The translations under genes were made by a program, and so were the position numbers. Shown in pieces: positions 34,101 to 47,765 of a stretch of DNA of 64,000 nucleotides. The notes beneath the pieces were generated by a model. That model was not told where the DNA came from. It worked only from the letters and a program-made list of their open reading frames with translations, and searched no databases. Origin of the DNA: Heterodontus francisci (taxonomy: Eukaryota); the NCBI RefSeq assembly GCF_036365525.1, contig NC_090397.1, positions 31,176,352 through 31,240,351 of the forward strand, given 5' to 3'. How positions within the stretch are numbered: the first letter of the stretch is position 1; each line of letters opens with the position of its first letter.

Positions 34101-36184
34101 GGGTTATCCGGTCTTCCTCTACTGCAGGCTTTGATCCAGGTTCCACCTCCGGGAAGCCCTGGAAATCCTGAACTTATGTAAAATGCACAGAGGCCTGGCA
34201 AAACCTGTCTCTTCCCATTTTCATTGACCTTTTCACCTGGGGAATTGGAATAACTGGGAGCAAAGGTCAAGTGAATTGACTCTTATATCTTCCACGAAAA
34301 CCCCTATTCATTAAACTAATGAAAGGTACACAACAACCTATAATAATATAGCACCTTTAACATAATAAAACATCTCAAGGCACTTCACAGAAGCATTATA
34401 AAACAAAATGCAACACCGAGCCTTACACCCCTAAAATGTCATAACCCAACTTCTACCTTAACAGATGCTAACTGACCTGCTCTATATTTCCAACATTTTC
34501 TGTTTTTATTTCATATTTCCAGAATCTGCTCTTTTCCTTTTTACTTTCCTATTCATTAATCATTTGTTTGTCTGATAGCCATTGCTTTGTTCCTGCATCT
34601 GAGTAAATAGCTGCTCTCCTGTTGGTGATTTTCAAATTTGCTTTCAAAAACACAAGGCTCGTGCTGGAACACACAAATATGTTCACATGGGAGCTGCTGA
34701 TTTATGAGGCACCAAAAAGCACTGGGACCAATTCATCTAGATAAGAGCGTTCTCTATCAGAATATAATTGGTGTTGATTTTAAAGAGGAGAGTTAAAAAG
34801 TAAAGGGTAAATATTTCTGTGACCTATCTTACATCACTGTCCTATATTGAAATCATCGTATGGAATTTTGCTCAATGCTCATGGCTTTAAAATTTCCAGG
34901 CTCTTTTGTATAGTCTGCTGCTCCAGAGTTTCCACAAACTACTCAACACAGTAGTTTGCAGTGTTTCCACTATAAGGACATCAAAGTAGGACTTCAATCC
35001 AGGCCACAATTCTGGCCTGAATCTCTAGGTGGGCCCCACTTCAACTCTTCAATGGTTAAGTACATCTCTCACTAGCTGTATCTCCTCCGATCAGATCCCT
35101 CTAAGTCCCAAGAAAATGAGAATGTCCAGCTGCTATGTGCATCCCACCAGAAGGGCTGTGAATTTTTCAGGCCATTATGTATTACCTTCTGATGGGACAA
35201 GAATCACAGGTCAATTGTGACTTGTAACAACTACTTTTGTTTTGATACTTAAACTATCTATAACTATTCCTGACTTTTTACCTTCAGGCAGAATCAATAC
35301 ACTTCAAAATGCTGGAAAATGCACCAAAAAATGGCAAAAAAACAACATTTTTGTGAGGCCATGCTAAGTTTGGATAGAATAAAGGCACTCCCACAATCAG
35401 TCAGAAGCAAAGTTTTCATAATTGGAAGATTGCATGAAGGCTCCAGTCAAATGCAATCACCTAGCAACACTAAATGTCTCGTATATACCATCTTAGCAAT
35501 GTGTGGTTCAAATGCAGAAATGACAGGAATCATGTGGTTAACATCACAGCAACATTTAAGCATTATTACATTGCACAGTATTTCAGCAGGTCCTACTGGC
35601 CACTGAGCTCAATCCCAAAGGAGAATGAATGTTAGGGGTAGAGATTTGATGGAATCCCTCCTCCAGCCTTCTGAAACTACCATTTCTTTGGAGGTTAACA
35701 GTGTGCTGGAAGGCTCATTGACTGGTAGGTGACCTGAAATCCTTCAATCACTCTTTCACCATTTGGCTGGACTTTTGGCAGTCTAAAGCTGCTATCAGAC
35801 TGAGAACAGAGTTCCTCATGCCAGTACTATTTGTTCAGTGAACATGATCAAGGCATAGGCGTCGCTTTCATGTGCGACAGCTTTAGGGAGACGCCAGGTA
35901 ATCAATAATAGAAAACATGGTTTGTGTTTTCAGTCAGAGTTATCCAGACTTTCAAGGATATTCCAGTTGTACAGTATATTACTTTTAATATCATTTTCTG
36001 TGGATTTTTTTTTTGTCTTTGTCTGCTCAAGCAATTGATGTAAAATATATTTGTATGTAGAATTGTCAGTTATTTATGTGACATGTGTGGTAATAGAGGT
36101 TTCAGTATTTGCATGTTAGCATCAATGTTACTTAGTTACCAGTTTCCTTATTTTTGTATCGGTCTTCTTGTGTGGCACATCATG

Positions 36185-36335
36185 ATCATTCTGTACCCTT
36201 GGGCCCATGCATCTGTGTGCCCATGTATCTATGTACTCTTGGGCCCATGCATCTGGGTACCGTTGGACCCATGTGTCTGTGTGTTCATGTATCTGTATAC
36301 CCTTGGGTCCATGTGCCTGTGTACCCATGTATATA
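36185..36335. repeat. Degenerate minisatellite (CCTTGGGCCCATGCATCTGTGTAC-like)
   Basis: Repeated CCCATG(C/T)ATCTGTGTAC units. Confidence 0.75.
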
Positions 36336-36633
36336 TATGCCTCACTTCATTAAAATAAGATTTCCTACAATTGTTTTACTTAAGACAAACAAATTGAGAG
36401 GGTCATCCTGCGTAACTGTACAATCATTAGTAAATACCATCTGATAGGCTACATTTTTAGCGTTTGTATGCTAATTGTCAAATAACTTTTTATCAAACAG
36501 AATATTTTTTTCTGCTGGGTTATAGGTTCATATGGGAACAGCCCAAAATGAAAACAGACATTCCCTGGTTAATCTTCCAGGGACACACTGGGGAGAATTT
36601 TAAGAGGCAAGAACGGGTGGGTTGGGGTCAGGT

Positions 36634-37568
36634 TATTATGGTATGACTGCTCAACACAAAGCCCCCAGTCAATATATATATAATTCTGACTGCGGTGGGA
36701 GCAACGCACTGTCAATTCAGTCCCCACATTCCACAGGTCGCATCATACATAACTTTAAGCTTTCCAAATCAAAGAAAGCAGCAGCCAAATTGAACCAATC
36801 TAGAACCCTGGAATGAGGCGAACCAAACCAGGTACATTTAGATATCAACAAATCAACTGTTCATTAAAACAAATTAAAATCCTTAACACTACTAAGATAA
36901 ACCAAAATCTAAAGACCTTATAATTTATTTAAAGAATCTAACTTCTGCATTCACATACGTATACTCAAACTATCGGTTGTTTGGTGTTTAATTAGCTGCC
37001 CGAAACATAGAAATGTTGATTTACGTTCCTTATGAAATGGAATCTTCAATGTAGACACAGTCCAAGGTTGTTTGAAGTCGCAGTTGTCCAATGGGATCCG
37101 AAGATAGGAGTTCAGTAGTTCAGTTCAGCATTTTAAGCATCAAACACTTCTTCTTTCCTGCGATGAACACAGCAATTACAGTTCTATAGTTGAAGTATTA
37201 AATTCTTTTTCCAGTGGGAATTCAGCAGTTCAATAATTGGTTATTTTCTTTTAAGAAATTAATCTGGCTTGAAACTTCTTTAAAATTTTGAGAGAGTATA
37301 ATAAAACAGGTTTAATTAGACTGAGCGCTCTCCTATTTCCTTCAGTACATGCTGGCACAGCGAGTCTGTCTGAACAAACCAGTTAGCCAGTTTTTCAAAA
37401 GGCAATCGGCAACATTGTATCTCATCTCTTCTCGATTTGTATGGTTGTTGCTGGGCAACTAGAATGCACTTTCACTCAGTCTCTGAAGCTGGCTGCCTTA
37501 AAGAAGTATTGATCTCTTACAGCCTTAAAGGCACACCGCATATTTCCTGAAAAAACAGGATCGTGACA
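36634..37568 (-). mobile_element. Solo LTR inserted in the Harbinger element
   Basis: Ends T(A)TTATGG...GATCGTGACA with 4-bp TSD AGGT (36630-36633, 37569-37572); orientation tentative. Confidence 0.65.
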
Positions 37569-38024
37569 AGGTGCATGCTTAAAACTGAAGAAAAATGAAG
37601 CATGACCGCAACACGGTTTCAATGCCTCTGAGTTTAACTGAGGCGCGTTTGACTGTGTGTGAATAACCTGCTCACGGGAGCCGGCCCGATTATTAATGCA
37701 GATATGTGGCCAACGAAGACATCAGTTAACCTCAAAATTACAAGCAAAATGCTTTTGAAATGAATGCAACTTTCCTTTGGATTTAATGCCGCCAGCATTG
37801 GTTTCCCAGGACTCGTGAAACTCGCCAATTTAAAGGAGACGAGTTTCAGGTGCAGTTCATGGGGCCCTTTAAACTTCAGATTGCCCAATCTCAATAAAGG
37901 CTCAGTGCTTACAGCTGCTTTGTCAGTTCCCTCTGGCAAATGTTCAGCAGAGAGCTCCTGTCAACATAGAGGCTTTGGCGAAGTTTGGAGGTGGTCAAAG
38001 AGCCAACAACAGGATGGGAAGCAC

Positions 38025-39140
38025 CATGGATGTTTATGACACTACATTAGAAGAGGGAGAGAATCGCTATCCTTGGCAGTAACGATGTACATTGTTGAGA
38101 TCAGTGGGTGCAAAGGAGAGACATGCACAGCAGAGACATGCACAGGAGACCGGAGACAAATAGAGGGGCCGAGGTCTCAGGAGCCACGAATAGGTTGTAT
38201 AGACAGAGGCTCAGTTTCCTTGACCTCTCAGAAGAGAAGTTCTTCCTCAGGCTGATATTGTCACGTCAGGCAGTCGCAGACATCTGCAGCCTCCTAGAAG
38301 AAGACTGCCACCTGTTGGGCCTAGCAGCCACACATTACCAGTGGCTATCAAAGTCAATTTATTTGCCACTGGTTCCTTCCGACATAATAAGAGTCTTGCT
38401 GTACATATATGCATAAGGCAGGTGACAGCAGATTGTTTGCCAGTGTGATGACAATAGCCAGAATGAGCAGGCACTTGCATTCACCTCTTTGGCTGGCTTC
38501 CTGCACTCATAGGGCTCTATCGATTACCCACATATGGCACCCGAGCACCACTACAGCAACTAAGAGATTTTATTAACCACAAGGGATATTTGTTCATCAA
38601 TGCGCACCTGGTGTGCAGCCACAAGAAGAGGTTCATGCAGATGCACCAGATTCCATAGGAGCTGTCATACTGCATACTTTCATACTGCAGCAGTCCAACA
38701 TTTCAGACCTATTCATTCCAGGAAGCAGATTTAATGGTTGGCTCAAAGGAGACAAAGGATCCCACTTCAAACTTTGCTCATGAGACCTGAGGAACCCCAC
38801 CAATGAGGCACAGGTGAATAACAACAAGACCCACATGGCCACCAGGTGCGTCATGTAGCAAGCTATTGGAATGTAGAAGATGCACTTCAGGTGCCTGGAT
38901 AGGTCTGGAGGCATCCTTCAATACTCACCAGTGAGGGTGTCCAGAATAATAGTGGTGTGCTGCGTCTTGTGCAGCAGAGAGGATTCCAGGTGGAGGAGGT
39001 GAAGGTGCTCAATAGGCATCTTCGGATGAGAACATTGAAGAGGAGGAGGAATATAAAGATGGGGCATCCGTCGTCAGACCAGCCATACACATTACTGTCC
39101 TGGATGCCAGGGATGCCCTCATAGCTAGAAGGTTCAGTTA
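38025..39140 (+). pseudogene. Harbinger (HARBI1-like) DDE transposase relic
   Basis: YRQRLSFLDLSEE..RL.LSRQAVADIC, FATGSF, GSIDYPH (cf. GAIDCTH), FINHKG..INAHLVC, GWLKGDKG, ATRCV..F.CLDRSGGILQYSP.RVSRIIVVCCVL. Confidence 0.85.
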
Positions 39141-40950
39141 ATTATTGCAACTGCAACTAATATCAAATGAAAGCTACCACCTGCACCAACTCCCCAGCCG
39201 CATCCCCCACCTCCCATCCCCACTTGCACCAAACAGTCCTTCAACCATGGATACACTATTGGGTTCCGTTATGTATTGACATTCGTCATGAAACAACTGA
39301 AAGGGCGTTAACATTCAGGACGCAATAATGGGAAAGAAGTTGAAGTGGAAATTTTATGTAGTATTATAAAAGAAGGAAAATTAACAACCTAATATATTGT
39401 CAAACATCTATGTGTCTACCCTCGGTGAATTACAGTTACTTTAACTTGCACTTGCTATTGCTTATCCGTGGTCCATCCTGTGCAGTTTCAACAGAGGTAC
39501 AGGCAGGTGGCTCAGACTCTTGCCCTGACCGCTGAGATGCTTTTGGCCTATGCTCTCTGGGCTTTGCAGCCTCTCAGGGCCCCTCCAAGACAGCTCCATC
39601 TACACCTGTGCAAGGGCTGACTTGTTCATCGGGAAATGAGGCAGCACAGGTGAGCATTTTGAATGGAGTTTCCACTTCCATGTCCCCTTTCACCATCATC
39701 CCTCTCCTGGGCCAGTGCCACATCACTCCTACCGCTCTGCTGCAGATCAGCTTGGCGGAGATCAGTGACGGGTTAAAGGCCATGGATAAGGTACCTATCA
39801 TCCTGGTCAAGGTGGCAGATATGTTGGCATCCAAAGTCTGCATGGCCTTGGGCATGGCCTGCATGGACTCAATTGAAATCCATGTTTGAAGCAGCATGGA
39901 GGCAGCCACCCTCTCCATGGCATTCTTGCAGTTACCTGATCCACCAATCCAGTTGGACTCCTCCATCCTCTCTGCTGTTGTGGAGACTGTGCGTGGTACA
40001 TCAGTCAGTACCTCATAAAGTTGCTGATTCACCTCCAGCATTCTATTTCCCAATGACAGCTCCGGGGATCAGCATCTGTGTACGGTAGAGCCGAGCTTGG
40101 AGAGGATTGCATCCCTCCCCCGCCCCCGTCCCCAACACGGGCACTCTAAAGCTGTCCCTGCCACCAGCATCTACTTGTGAATTACCAGGTGAAAACCCAA
40201 ATAACTCTCTAACTGAATTCAACAAAGTGCATGAATCTGCAGTGGTGCATGGCTGCACATGGCAGTGAATCCCCAAAAGGAATGAGGTCCTGTGAGGAAT
40301 CACCCTCATACACTCCAGTGACATTTGCTGGTTGCATGAAGGCCCTGAATGACCATATTCAGTCTTCTCATAGTTCAGTCATTAATGAAATAATCAGCAT
40401 GTGTTTCAAATCTATTTAATTTTGTCACCAGCCATCTGCGAGTTCCCTATCTCTCTGATTAAGAGGTATGCAGATGTGTTCTTACTTCCATGGAATCCTT
40501 CTCTGCATCTGTGAGCTGCACAATTAGTCCTGTCCCTCTCCCTTGTATTTTTCACTCTCATTTCCTACAAGGGGTGAAATAACAGACCATTGAGTGAAGA
40601 AAGTCATATATTCACCTGATGGATACAATGTGCTTGGTAAGGGTGACTATGAGACCGATGCATCACGTTGCATAAAGGTTGGGGTGAGTGGCAGTGGTGG
40701 ATGGATACATAAGTATCTCCCATGTAGATACATGAAAAATGCATAGAAAGGGGAGGATGGCTGCTGCTGAAGCTTAAGGGAGGAGTGATGTGATGGAATA
40801 CATTTGTCAAGATAGAGTGAAATGCAGCAGAGGCGATGGTGGGGTGGTTACACCACAGGATGTAGATGAATCAGCAAAAGTACTCACTTTTTATGATTGG
40901 TTACAGCAAGAACAACAATTGCATCTTGTATTTATATAGAATTTATATAG

Positions 40951-41740
40951 TGTCAAGAAAACTTGTTACGTCAAAGGAGGATTTTTTAATTTAGCGATTG
41001 GAAATCTATACTTAACTTTTATTGAAACAGAAAGAGCAGGGATTCTGCAGTTAACTTTTTAAAAAAGCTGGCAGCCAAGATGACCACCGCAATTTGAAAT
41101 TGAACACCTTGCATGATCCAAGGCCTCAAAGAGGAGACACATGTCCAATGAGCCTGTACCCAAAACAATGGCTTGCTCGATTGAATGAACCACAGGACAT
41201 TGCTTTCATTAGCAGGACATTCAAAGCCATCCTGGCACATTAACCTTGAAAGGGCCAACCCTTCCAGGTGTAAACGTTAACATCCTGAGGCCTGAGGGAC
41301 TGAAATTCCTACACTTGAAACTCATTAGAAGGCTCCAGACAATACATTGAGGCAGTCTGTCTATCTCCGTGAAAGCTGGGAGTTTTCCCAAAACAGTCAA
41401 GCCAGTGACTCATTCTGGTGCAGAAGCCAGAAGGATGGTCTCTCTCTCTCTCTCTCTCTCGCTCTCTGTCTCTCTCCAGAAGACCTCGTGCAGGGTGTGT
41501 GAAGCCTAGCTGATGGTTGCTGGATTCAAGACAAAGACACCAGGGGAAGAACACCGCCTACAATTCTGCCGACAAGAAAAGCCTGAACCGGGTGGGCTAG
41601 CCACAAACTGCACATTTACCAGCCAAAGACTTCAAGAACACAACTTCAGACAGAAGACAATGGAATCATCCAACCCCACAGACAGTGTATCAATTTTTAT
41701 TTGTTCTGGACTCTAATCCAACCACAAATCTACCCCTCAG
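40951..41740 (+). mobile_element. LTR related to the 16675-24526 LTRs, 3'-truncated by a CR1
   Basis: TGTCAAGAAAA..GGATTTTTTAAT..TTGGAAA; (TC)n tract; CAAGACAAAGAC..GGAAGAACAC motif shared. Confidence 0.7.
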
Positions 41741-43680
41741 CACGGAATGTACTTTTGTTGAACCCTTTGAATTGTTTCTTTAAATGTTTCCCACGTTCAT
41801 TTACCGCCATACCTTCCAATTTATTTACACAATTAACCTTAGCCAGCTCTCCCCTCATACCTTCATAATTGGCTTTGTTTAAGTTTAAGATTCTTGTTTT
41901 TGATTGAAATGTGTCACTTTCAAACTTAACATAAAATTCAATGGTATTTTGATCACTATTTCCCAGTTTATCTTTTACTATGACATTGCCTATTAACCCT
42001 GTTTCATTACACAGCACGAGATCTAAGATAGCTTTATCCCTAGCCGGTTCTACAACATATTGCCCCAAGAAACTGTCACGAAAACCTTCTGCAAACTCAT
42101 CTTCTAGATCACTGTTGCCAATTTGATTGTCCCAGTCTATATGCAGTTTAAAGTCCTCCACAATTAATACATTACTTTTTTTACATGCTCCAATAATTTC
42201 CCATTTAATGTTCTGTCCAATAATATAACTACTGTTAGAGGGCCTGTAAATTACTCCCACCAGAGTTTTCTGACTCCTGCTATTCCTAATTTCCACCCAA
42301 ACTGATCCTACTTCATGATCTTCTGAGGCCAGATCCCTTCTTATTAATGTCCTTATGTCATCCTTTACTATCAGGGCTACCCCTCCTCCTTTGCCATTCT
42401 GTCTGTCTCTCCGAAATATTGTCTACCCTGGAAAATTCATTTCTGAACCTCAATCTCCTTGTAACCATATCTTGGTAATGGCAATTAGATCTGGATCATT
42501 TACCTCTATTCGTGTCACTAGTTCATCTATCTTATTACAGATGCTTCGTACATTCAGATAAAGGAACTTGAATTTCATTTTTTTACCTCTATTCCCTGCA
42601 ATGACCTTATTTGCTGATGTACAATTTTTGTTAAACTCTCTGTCCCTTCCTGTCCCATTCTGTTGGCATTTACCCACATCACTATCCTGCTCCGATGCCC
42701 TGACCCCTGTCTTTGGATTTCTAAATTTCCCTTTACTCAAGCCCTACCCACCCCCCACACCCCCCACCCCCCCCCCCCCCCCCCACCCCCGTTAGTTCAA
42801 AGCCCTGTCCACAGCCCTAGTTATGTGATTGGCCAGGATCCTTATCCCAGCCCGGTTCAAGTGAAGCCCATCCCAATGGAATAGCTCCCTCTTCCTTGAG
42901 TACTGATGCCAGTGCCACAAGAATTGAAATCCCTTCTTCTCACACTGCTCTTTGAGCCATGCGTTTAGTTCTCTAATCTGCTTGACCCTGTGCCAATTTA
43001 GTTTGGGTCCTAACTCCTCAAATTCTCTAAGCAGAACATCATTTCTGTTTCTACCTCTGTCACATGGACCATGACAACTGGATCAACCCCCTCCAGGTTC
43101 CTCTCCAGCCATGAGGAGATGTCGTTAACCCTGACACTGGGCAGGCAACACAGCCATCAGAGCTCACGGTCGCGGCTACAGAGAACAGTATCTATCGCCC
43201 TGACTATACTGTCTCCTATCACTACCACATTCCTCTTCACTTCCCCCCACTGGAATGGCATCTTTCACCATGGTGCCATGGTCAGTCAGCTCATCCACCT
43301 TGCAGTCCTTCTGTTCATCCACAGAGGTAGCAAGGACCTGTTGGACAAGATCAGCGGCTGAGGCTGCTCCATCACTATATGCTGATTCCCCCTACCTGCC
43401 TCACTCGCAGTCACACCCTCCTGTCCCTGACCATTTGCCATCTCTAATGTTTTCCCTACTCTCAGGGGTGCGACTGCCTCCTGGAACAAAGTGTCCAGGT
43501 AACTCTTCCCCTCTCTGATGCTCCGCAATGTCTGCAACTCAGTCTCCAGCTCAGCAATTCTGAGCTGAAGTCGTGCAAGCTGCGGACACTTGCTGCAAAC
43601 ACTTACTGCAGACATGGTTGTCCGGGATTGCAGTGCATTCCCACATGCTGCAGTTGCAGCACACCACCGGCCCTGCCATC
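41741..43680 (-). mobile_element. CR1 LINE 5' half (ORF1 and endonuclease), disrupted
   Basis: ORF1 CSKCPQLARLQLRIAELETELQTL; endonuclease YLNVRSICNKIDEL..DLIAIT, GVIYRP, EDFKLHIDW, ILDLVLCN, LGNSDQN. Confidence 0.88.
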
Positions 43681-43789
43681 TCTGTACAACCTTATTTTTT
43701 AATTAGTCAATTAGTTAATAATTCACACAGCTGAAGTCATGGAAATATGATATCAAAGTTGCGAACAGTCTGGTTCAGCCTCAGACAGT

Positions 43790-44095
43790 TACCAGGGAGA
43801 GGGTTGGCTTTGGTGGCTAGGGAATGGAGTTTGTGGAGGGGATTGAAGACAATGGCTTTGGTCTTCCCAATATTTAGTTGGAGTACTGGACGTCAAATAA
43901 GCAGTCTGACAATTTAAACAGTGGAGGGGTCAAGAGAGATAGTGGTGCGGTCGAGCTGGGTGTCGTCAATGTACAATGGAAACTGACATTGTATTTTCAG
44001 ATGATGTTGCTGAAGGGCTGAAAGTAGATGAGAAATAGGAGGGGGCCAAGGATATATCCTTGGGGGACACCAGAGGTATTGATGTGGAAGGAGGG
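43790..44095 (-). mobile_element. L2-like LINE RT fragment
   Basis: SGVPQGYILGPLLFLIY..YIDDTQL on the minus strand; a similar fragment lies at ~58050-58270. Confidence 0.7.
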
Positions 44096-44367
44096 AATGG
44101 TTATGCAAAGCCCAGAAGTAATGTCAGAGGGTCAGATTCTGTGATTCAGGCAATAAATTTTGACTTCTGGGTTTTGCGTCCCCAAGCTGCTCAGTGGGTA
44201 TGATTCGCACCCACATGATGTGATCTGAAGTCCATTATCTAATGGAGCAATGCAAAAATGGAATTTGGAGAAGCGAAGAGCTGTTTAGGATGGATATACA
44301 AAGAGCCAGGGCAACACCCAGATTTAGTGACACTTCCCTCTAATTGCTGATAGATGAGGTCAGGCTG

Positions 44368-44685
44368 TACATTGACCACAAGTCGTGGGAGTCAGTTGCC
44401 AGTGATCGCCAGAGCTGGCGGACAGCCATAAAGGCGGGGCTAAAGAGTGGTGAGTCGAAGAGACTTAGCAGCTGGCTGGAAAAAAGACAGAAGTGCAAGG
44501 AGAGAACCAACTGTGTAACAGTCCCGACAACCAATTTTATCTGCAGCGCCTGTGGAAGAGTCTGTCACTCTAGAATTGACCTTTATAGCCACTCCAGGCA
44601 CTGCTTCACAAACCACTGACCACCTCTAGGCGCTTACCCATTGTCTCTCGAGACAAGGAGGCCAAAGAAGAAGAAGGAAAAAAGA
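44368..44685 (+). mobile_element. RTE LINE 3' end, same family as 17958-18327
   Basis: IDHKSWESVASDRQSWR..CSACGRVCHSRIDLYSH; tail CCATTGTCTCTCGAGACAAGGAGGCCAAAGAAGAAG. Confidence 0.9.
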
Positions 44686-44719
44686 AACCGACTGCTGTCA
44701 TCAAGATTGGTGTGGGTTA

Positions 44720-44822
44720 TTTTTATTCATTCATGGGATATAGGTGTCACTGACTAGGCCAGCATTATCACCCATGAGAAGGTGGTGGTGAGTCATCTTC
44801 TTGAACTGTTGCAGTCCATGTG
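44720..44822 (-). mobile_element. 3' tail of the tRNA-headed LINE family
   Basis: TTCATGGGATATAGGTGTCACTG..GAGAAGGTGGTGGTGAG, as at 49381-49470. Confidence 0.7.
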
Positions 44823-45104
44823 AAAGTCTCCTCTGCCCCCACCTCCACTTCTCTCATACGTTCTCCTCGATCCATACTGTTTCTGCTCCTTTAACATGTT
44901 ATCATCATTCACTTCCTCTGTTCCTCTAACACCAGACTTCTCTTCATGCCCCTCTCTCCATGCTGCTAAAACCAATGCCTCATTCCTCATTTACTGCATT
45001 CTTTTAACACCTTTGCCTTGTCTCTTGCTCTCTCCATTCGCCTAGCACCAGAGTTCTCCTTGCCCTTCACTCCCTTTGCTCATCTTATTGAGATTTAACA
45101 TTTT

Positions 45105-45485
45105 GTTACAGAATTTTTCAAAATCATGAGGGGTCTGGACAGAGTGGATAGGGAAAAACTGTTCCCATTGGCCGAAGGATACAGAAACAGAGGATACTGA
45201 ATTAAGGTGATTGGCAAAAGAAGCAACAGCGACATGAGGAAAAACTTTTTTATGCAGCGAGTGCTTAGGATCTGGAATACACTGCCTGAGAGAGTGGTGG
45301 AGACAGATTCAATTGGAGCCTTCAAAAGAGGACTGGATAATTATCTCAGGAGAAAAAATTTGCGGGGCTACGGGAAAAAGGCAGGGGAGTGAGACCAGGT
45401 GAGTTGCTTTTGCAGAGAGCTGGCACAGACTTGACAGGCTGAATGGCCTCCTTCTGTTCTGTAACCATTCTCCATGATTCTATGT
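45105..45485 (+). mobile_element. CR1 3' end
   Basis: RKNFFMQRVLRIWNTLP; ATTCTATG tail. Confidence 0.85.
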
Positions 45486-45610
45486 CATAGAGTCACAGAG
45501 TCATTTACAGTACAGAAGGAGGCTGACTGATATCTCCACGGTGAGCTGGCATGAACTCAATGGGCTAAATGGCTTCCTTCTGTCCTGTAACCATTCTCTA
45601 CGATTCTATG

Positions 45611-47765
45611 TCATAGAGTCATATACACCACAGAAGGAGGCCATTTGGCCCTTTGAGTCCATGCCAGCTCTCAATGGAGCTATCCAGTCAGTCCCACTCC
45701 CCCACCCGATCCCTGTAGCCCTGCAAGTTTATTTCCTTCAAGTGGTCCTCCTATTTCCTTTTGAAATCATTGATTGTCTCAATTTTGACTACTCTTGTGG
45801 ACAGCAAGTTCCAGGTCATCACCACCTGCTGTGTAAAAAAGTTCTTCCTCATATTCCCCCTGCATCTCTTGCCCAAAACCTTCAATCTGTGTCCCCTAGT
45901 CCTTGTACCATTAGTTAATGGGAACAGTTTTTCCTTGTCTAACTTATCTAAGCTTGTCATGATCTTGTACACCTCTATTAAATCTCCCCTCAATCTCCTT
46001 TGCTCTAAGGGGAACAGCCCAGCTTTTCCAACCTAACCTTGTAACTAAAATCCCCCATCCCTGGAACCATTCTGGTAAATCTCCTCTGCACCATCTCAAG
46101 AACCGTCACATCCTTCCTAAAGTATGGTGACCAGAACTGGATGCAGTACTCTAGTTGGGGCCTAACCGGAGCTTTATAATCGTTCAGCATAACTTCCCTG
46201 CTTTTGTACTCAATGCCTCTATTTATGAAGCCCAAGATCCCATATGCTTTACTAAACACACTCTCAATATGTCCTGCCACCTTCAAAGATTGATGCACAT
46301 GCACCCCCAGGTCCCTCTGTTCCTGGACACTCTTTCGAACTGTGCCATTAAGTCTATATTGCCTTTCCCTATTCCTTCTGCCAACATGTATCACCTCTCA
46401 CTTGTCAGTATTAAATTCCATCTGCCACCTGCCTTCCCATTCTGTTAGCCTATCTATGTCCTGTTGCAGGTGGTTCATATCATCATCACCGTTTGCCACA
46501 CCTCCAAGTTTGGTGTCACAGAATCACAGAATCATTACAGTGCAGAAGGAGGTCATTTGGCCCAGCCCTCCAAATGAGCAATTCACCTATTGCCATTCCC
46601 CACCTTCTCTTCGTAATCCTGCACATTCTTCCTTTTCACATAACAATCTAATCCCCTTTTGAATGCCTCGATGGAACCTGCCTCCACCATACTCGCAGGC
46701 AGTGCATTCCAGATCCTAACTGCTCGCTGCGTGAAGTTTTTCCTCATGTTGCTTTTGCCTCTTTTGCCAATCACTTTCAACCTGTGCCCTCTCGTTCTCA
46801 ATCCTTTTGGCAAATTTTGAGATTCTACTCTGTATTTCAAGAGTCATTTATATATATTGCAAAAAAAGCAGTGGTCCTAGCACTGACACTTGGGGAACAC
46901 CACTGTCTACCATTCTCCAGTTTGAAAAACAACCATTTACTATGACTTACTATTTTCTGTCCTTAAGTCAATTTTTTATCCAATTGGACACTGACCCTCC
47001 TATTCCATGGTCCTTAATTTTGTTAACCAGCCTTTTATGTGGTATCTTATCAAACGCTTTCTTAAAATCCACATAAACAACATCCACCACATTCCCTTCA
47101 TCATCCTTTTCTGTTACTTCATCAAAAAATTCAATTAGATTAGTAGAGCATTATCGGCCTTTTGCAAGTCTGTGCTGGATATCCTTAATTAACTCGAACC
47201 TCTTTAAGTGTCCATTGATATTTTCCCTCATTATAGTTTCTAAAACCTTACCCACCACTGATGTTAAACTAACTGGCCGGTAGTTGCTCGGACTGTCCTT
47301 ACACTCTTTTTTTAGAATAAGGGTGTCATATTTTCCACTCTCCAATCCTCTGGCACCACCCCCGTATCCAGGGAAGATTGGAAGATCATGGTAAGCCCTT
47401 CCGGTATCTCCATCCCCACTTTCTTTAGCAACCTGGGACGCAAGTCATCCAAACTAGGTGACTTATCTACCCTAAGCATAGCCAGCCTTTTCAGTACCTC
47501 CACCCTCTCAATTTTTACCCTATCCATTGCCTTTGCTCTCTCCGCTTCTACCAATATTTTGTCAGATTCCACTTCCTCAGTGAACACTGATACAAAGTCA
47601 TCATTAAGTATATTAGCCTTGCCCTACGCCTCTACGCATATATGGCCCTCTTTGTCCCTAATAAGCTCCACTCCACCTCTTACTAACCGCTTACTATTTA
47701 CATGCCGGTAGAAGATTTTTGGGTTCTCTTTATGTTGACTGCCATTCAATTCTCATATTCTTCTG
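45611..47765 (-). mobile_element. 5'-truncated CR1 with a nested CR1 tail (~46518-46808)
   Basis: RT fragments NYRPVSLTS, RPQLEYCIQFWSP, RKNFFTQ; a second CACAGAATCACAGAATC tail at 46517. Confidence 0.88.

Larger units (their letters stand above)
36590..40900. mobile_element. Decayed autonomous-type PIF/Harbinger transposon (transposase on +, Myb/SANT-like gene remnants on -); right end lost
   Basis: Left TIR-like GGGGAGAATTTT; transposase relic; convergent second gene resembling 51000-52579. Confidence 0.7.

Noticed and set aside
38025-39140. Domesticated HARBI1 gene
   Set aside because: Multiple stops, frameshifts and altered catalytic motifs; it lies within a transposon relic
42745-42790. 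Poly-C/G4 tract or proline-rich ORF
   Set aside because: Expanded G-run inside the CR1 ORF1-ORF2 boundary; a simple repeat
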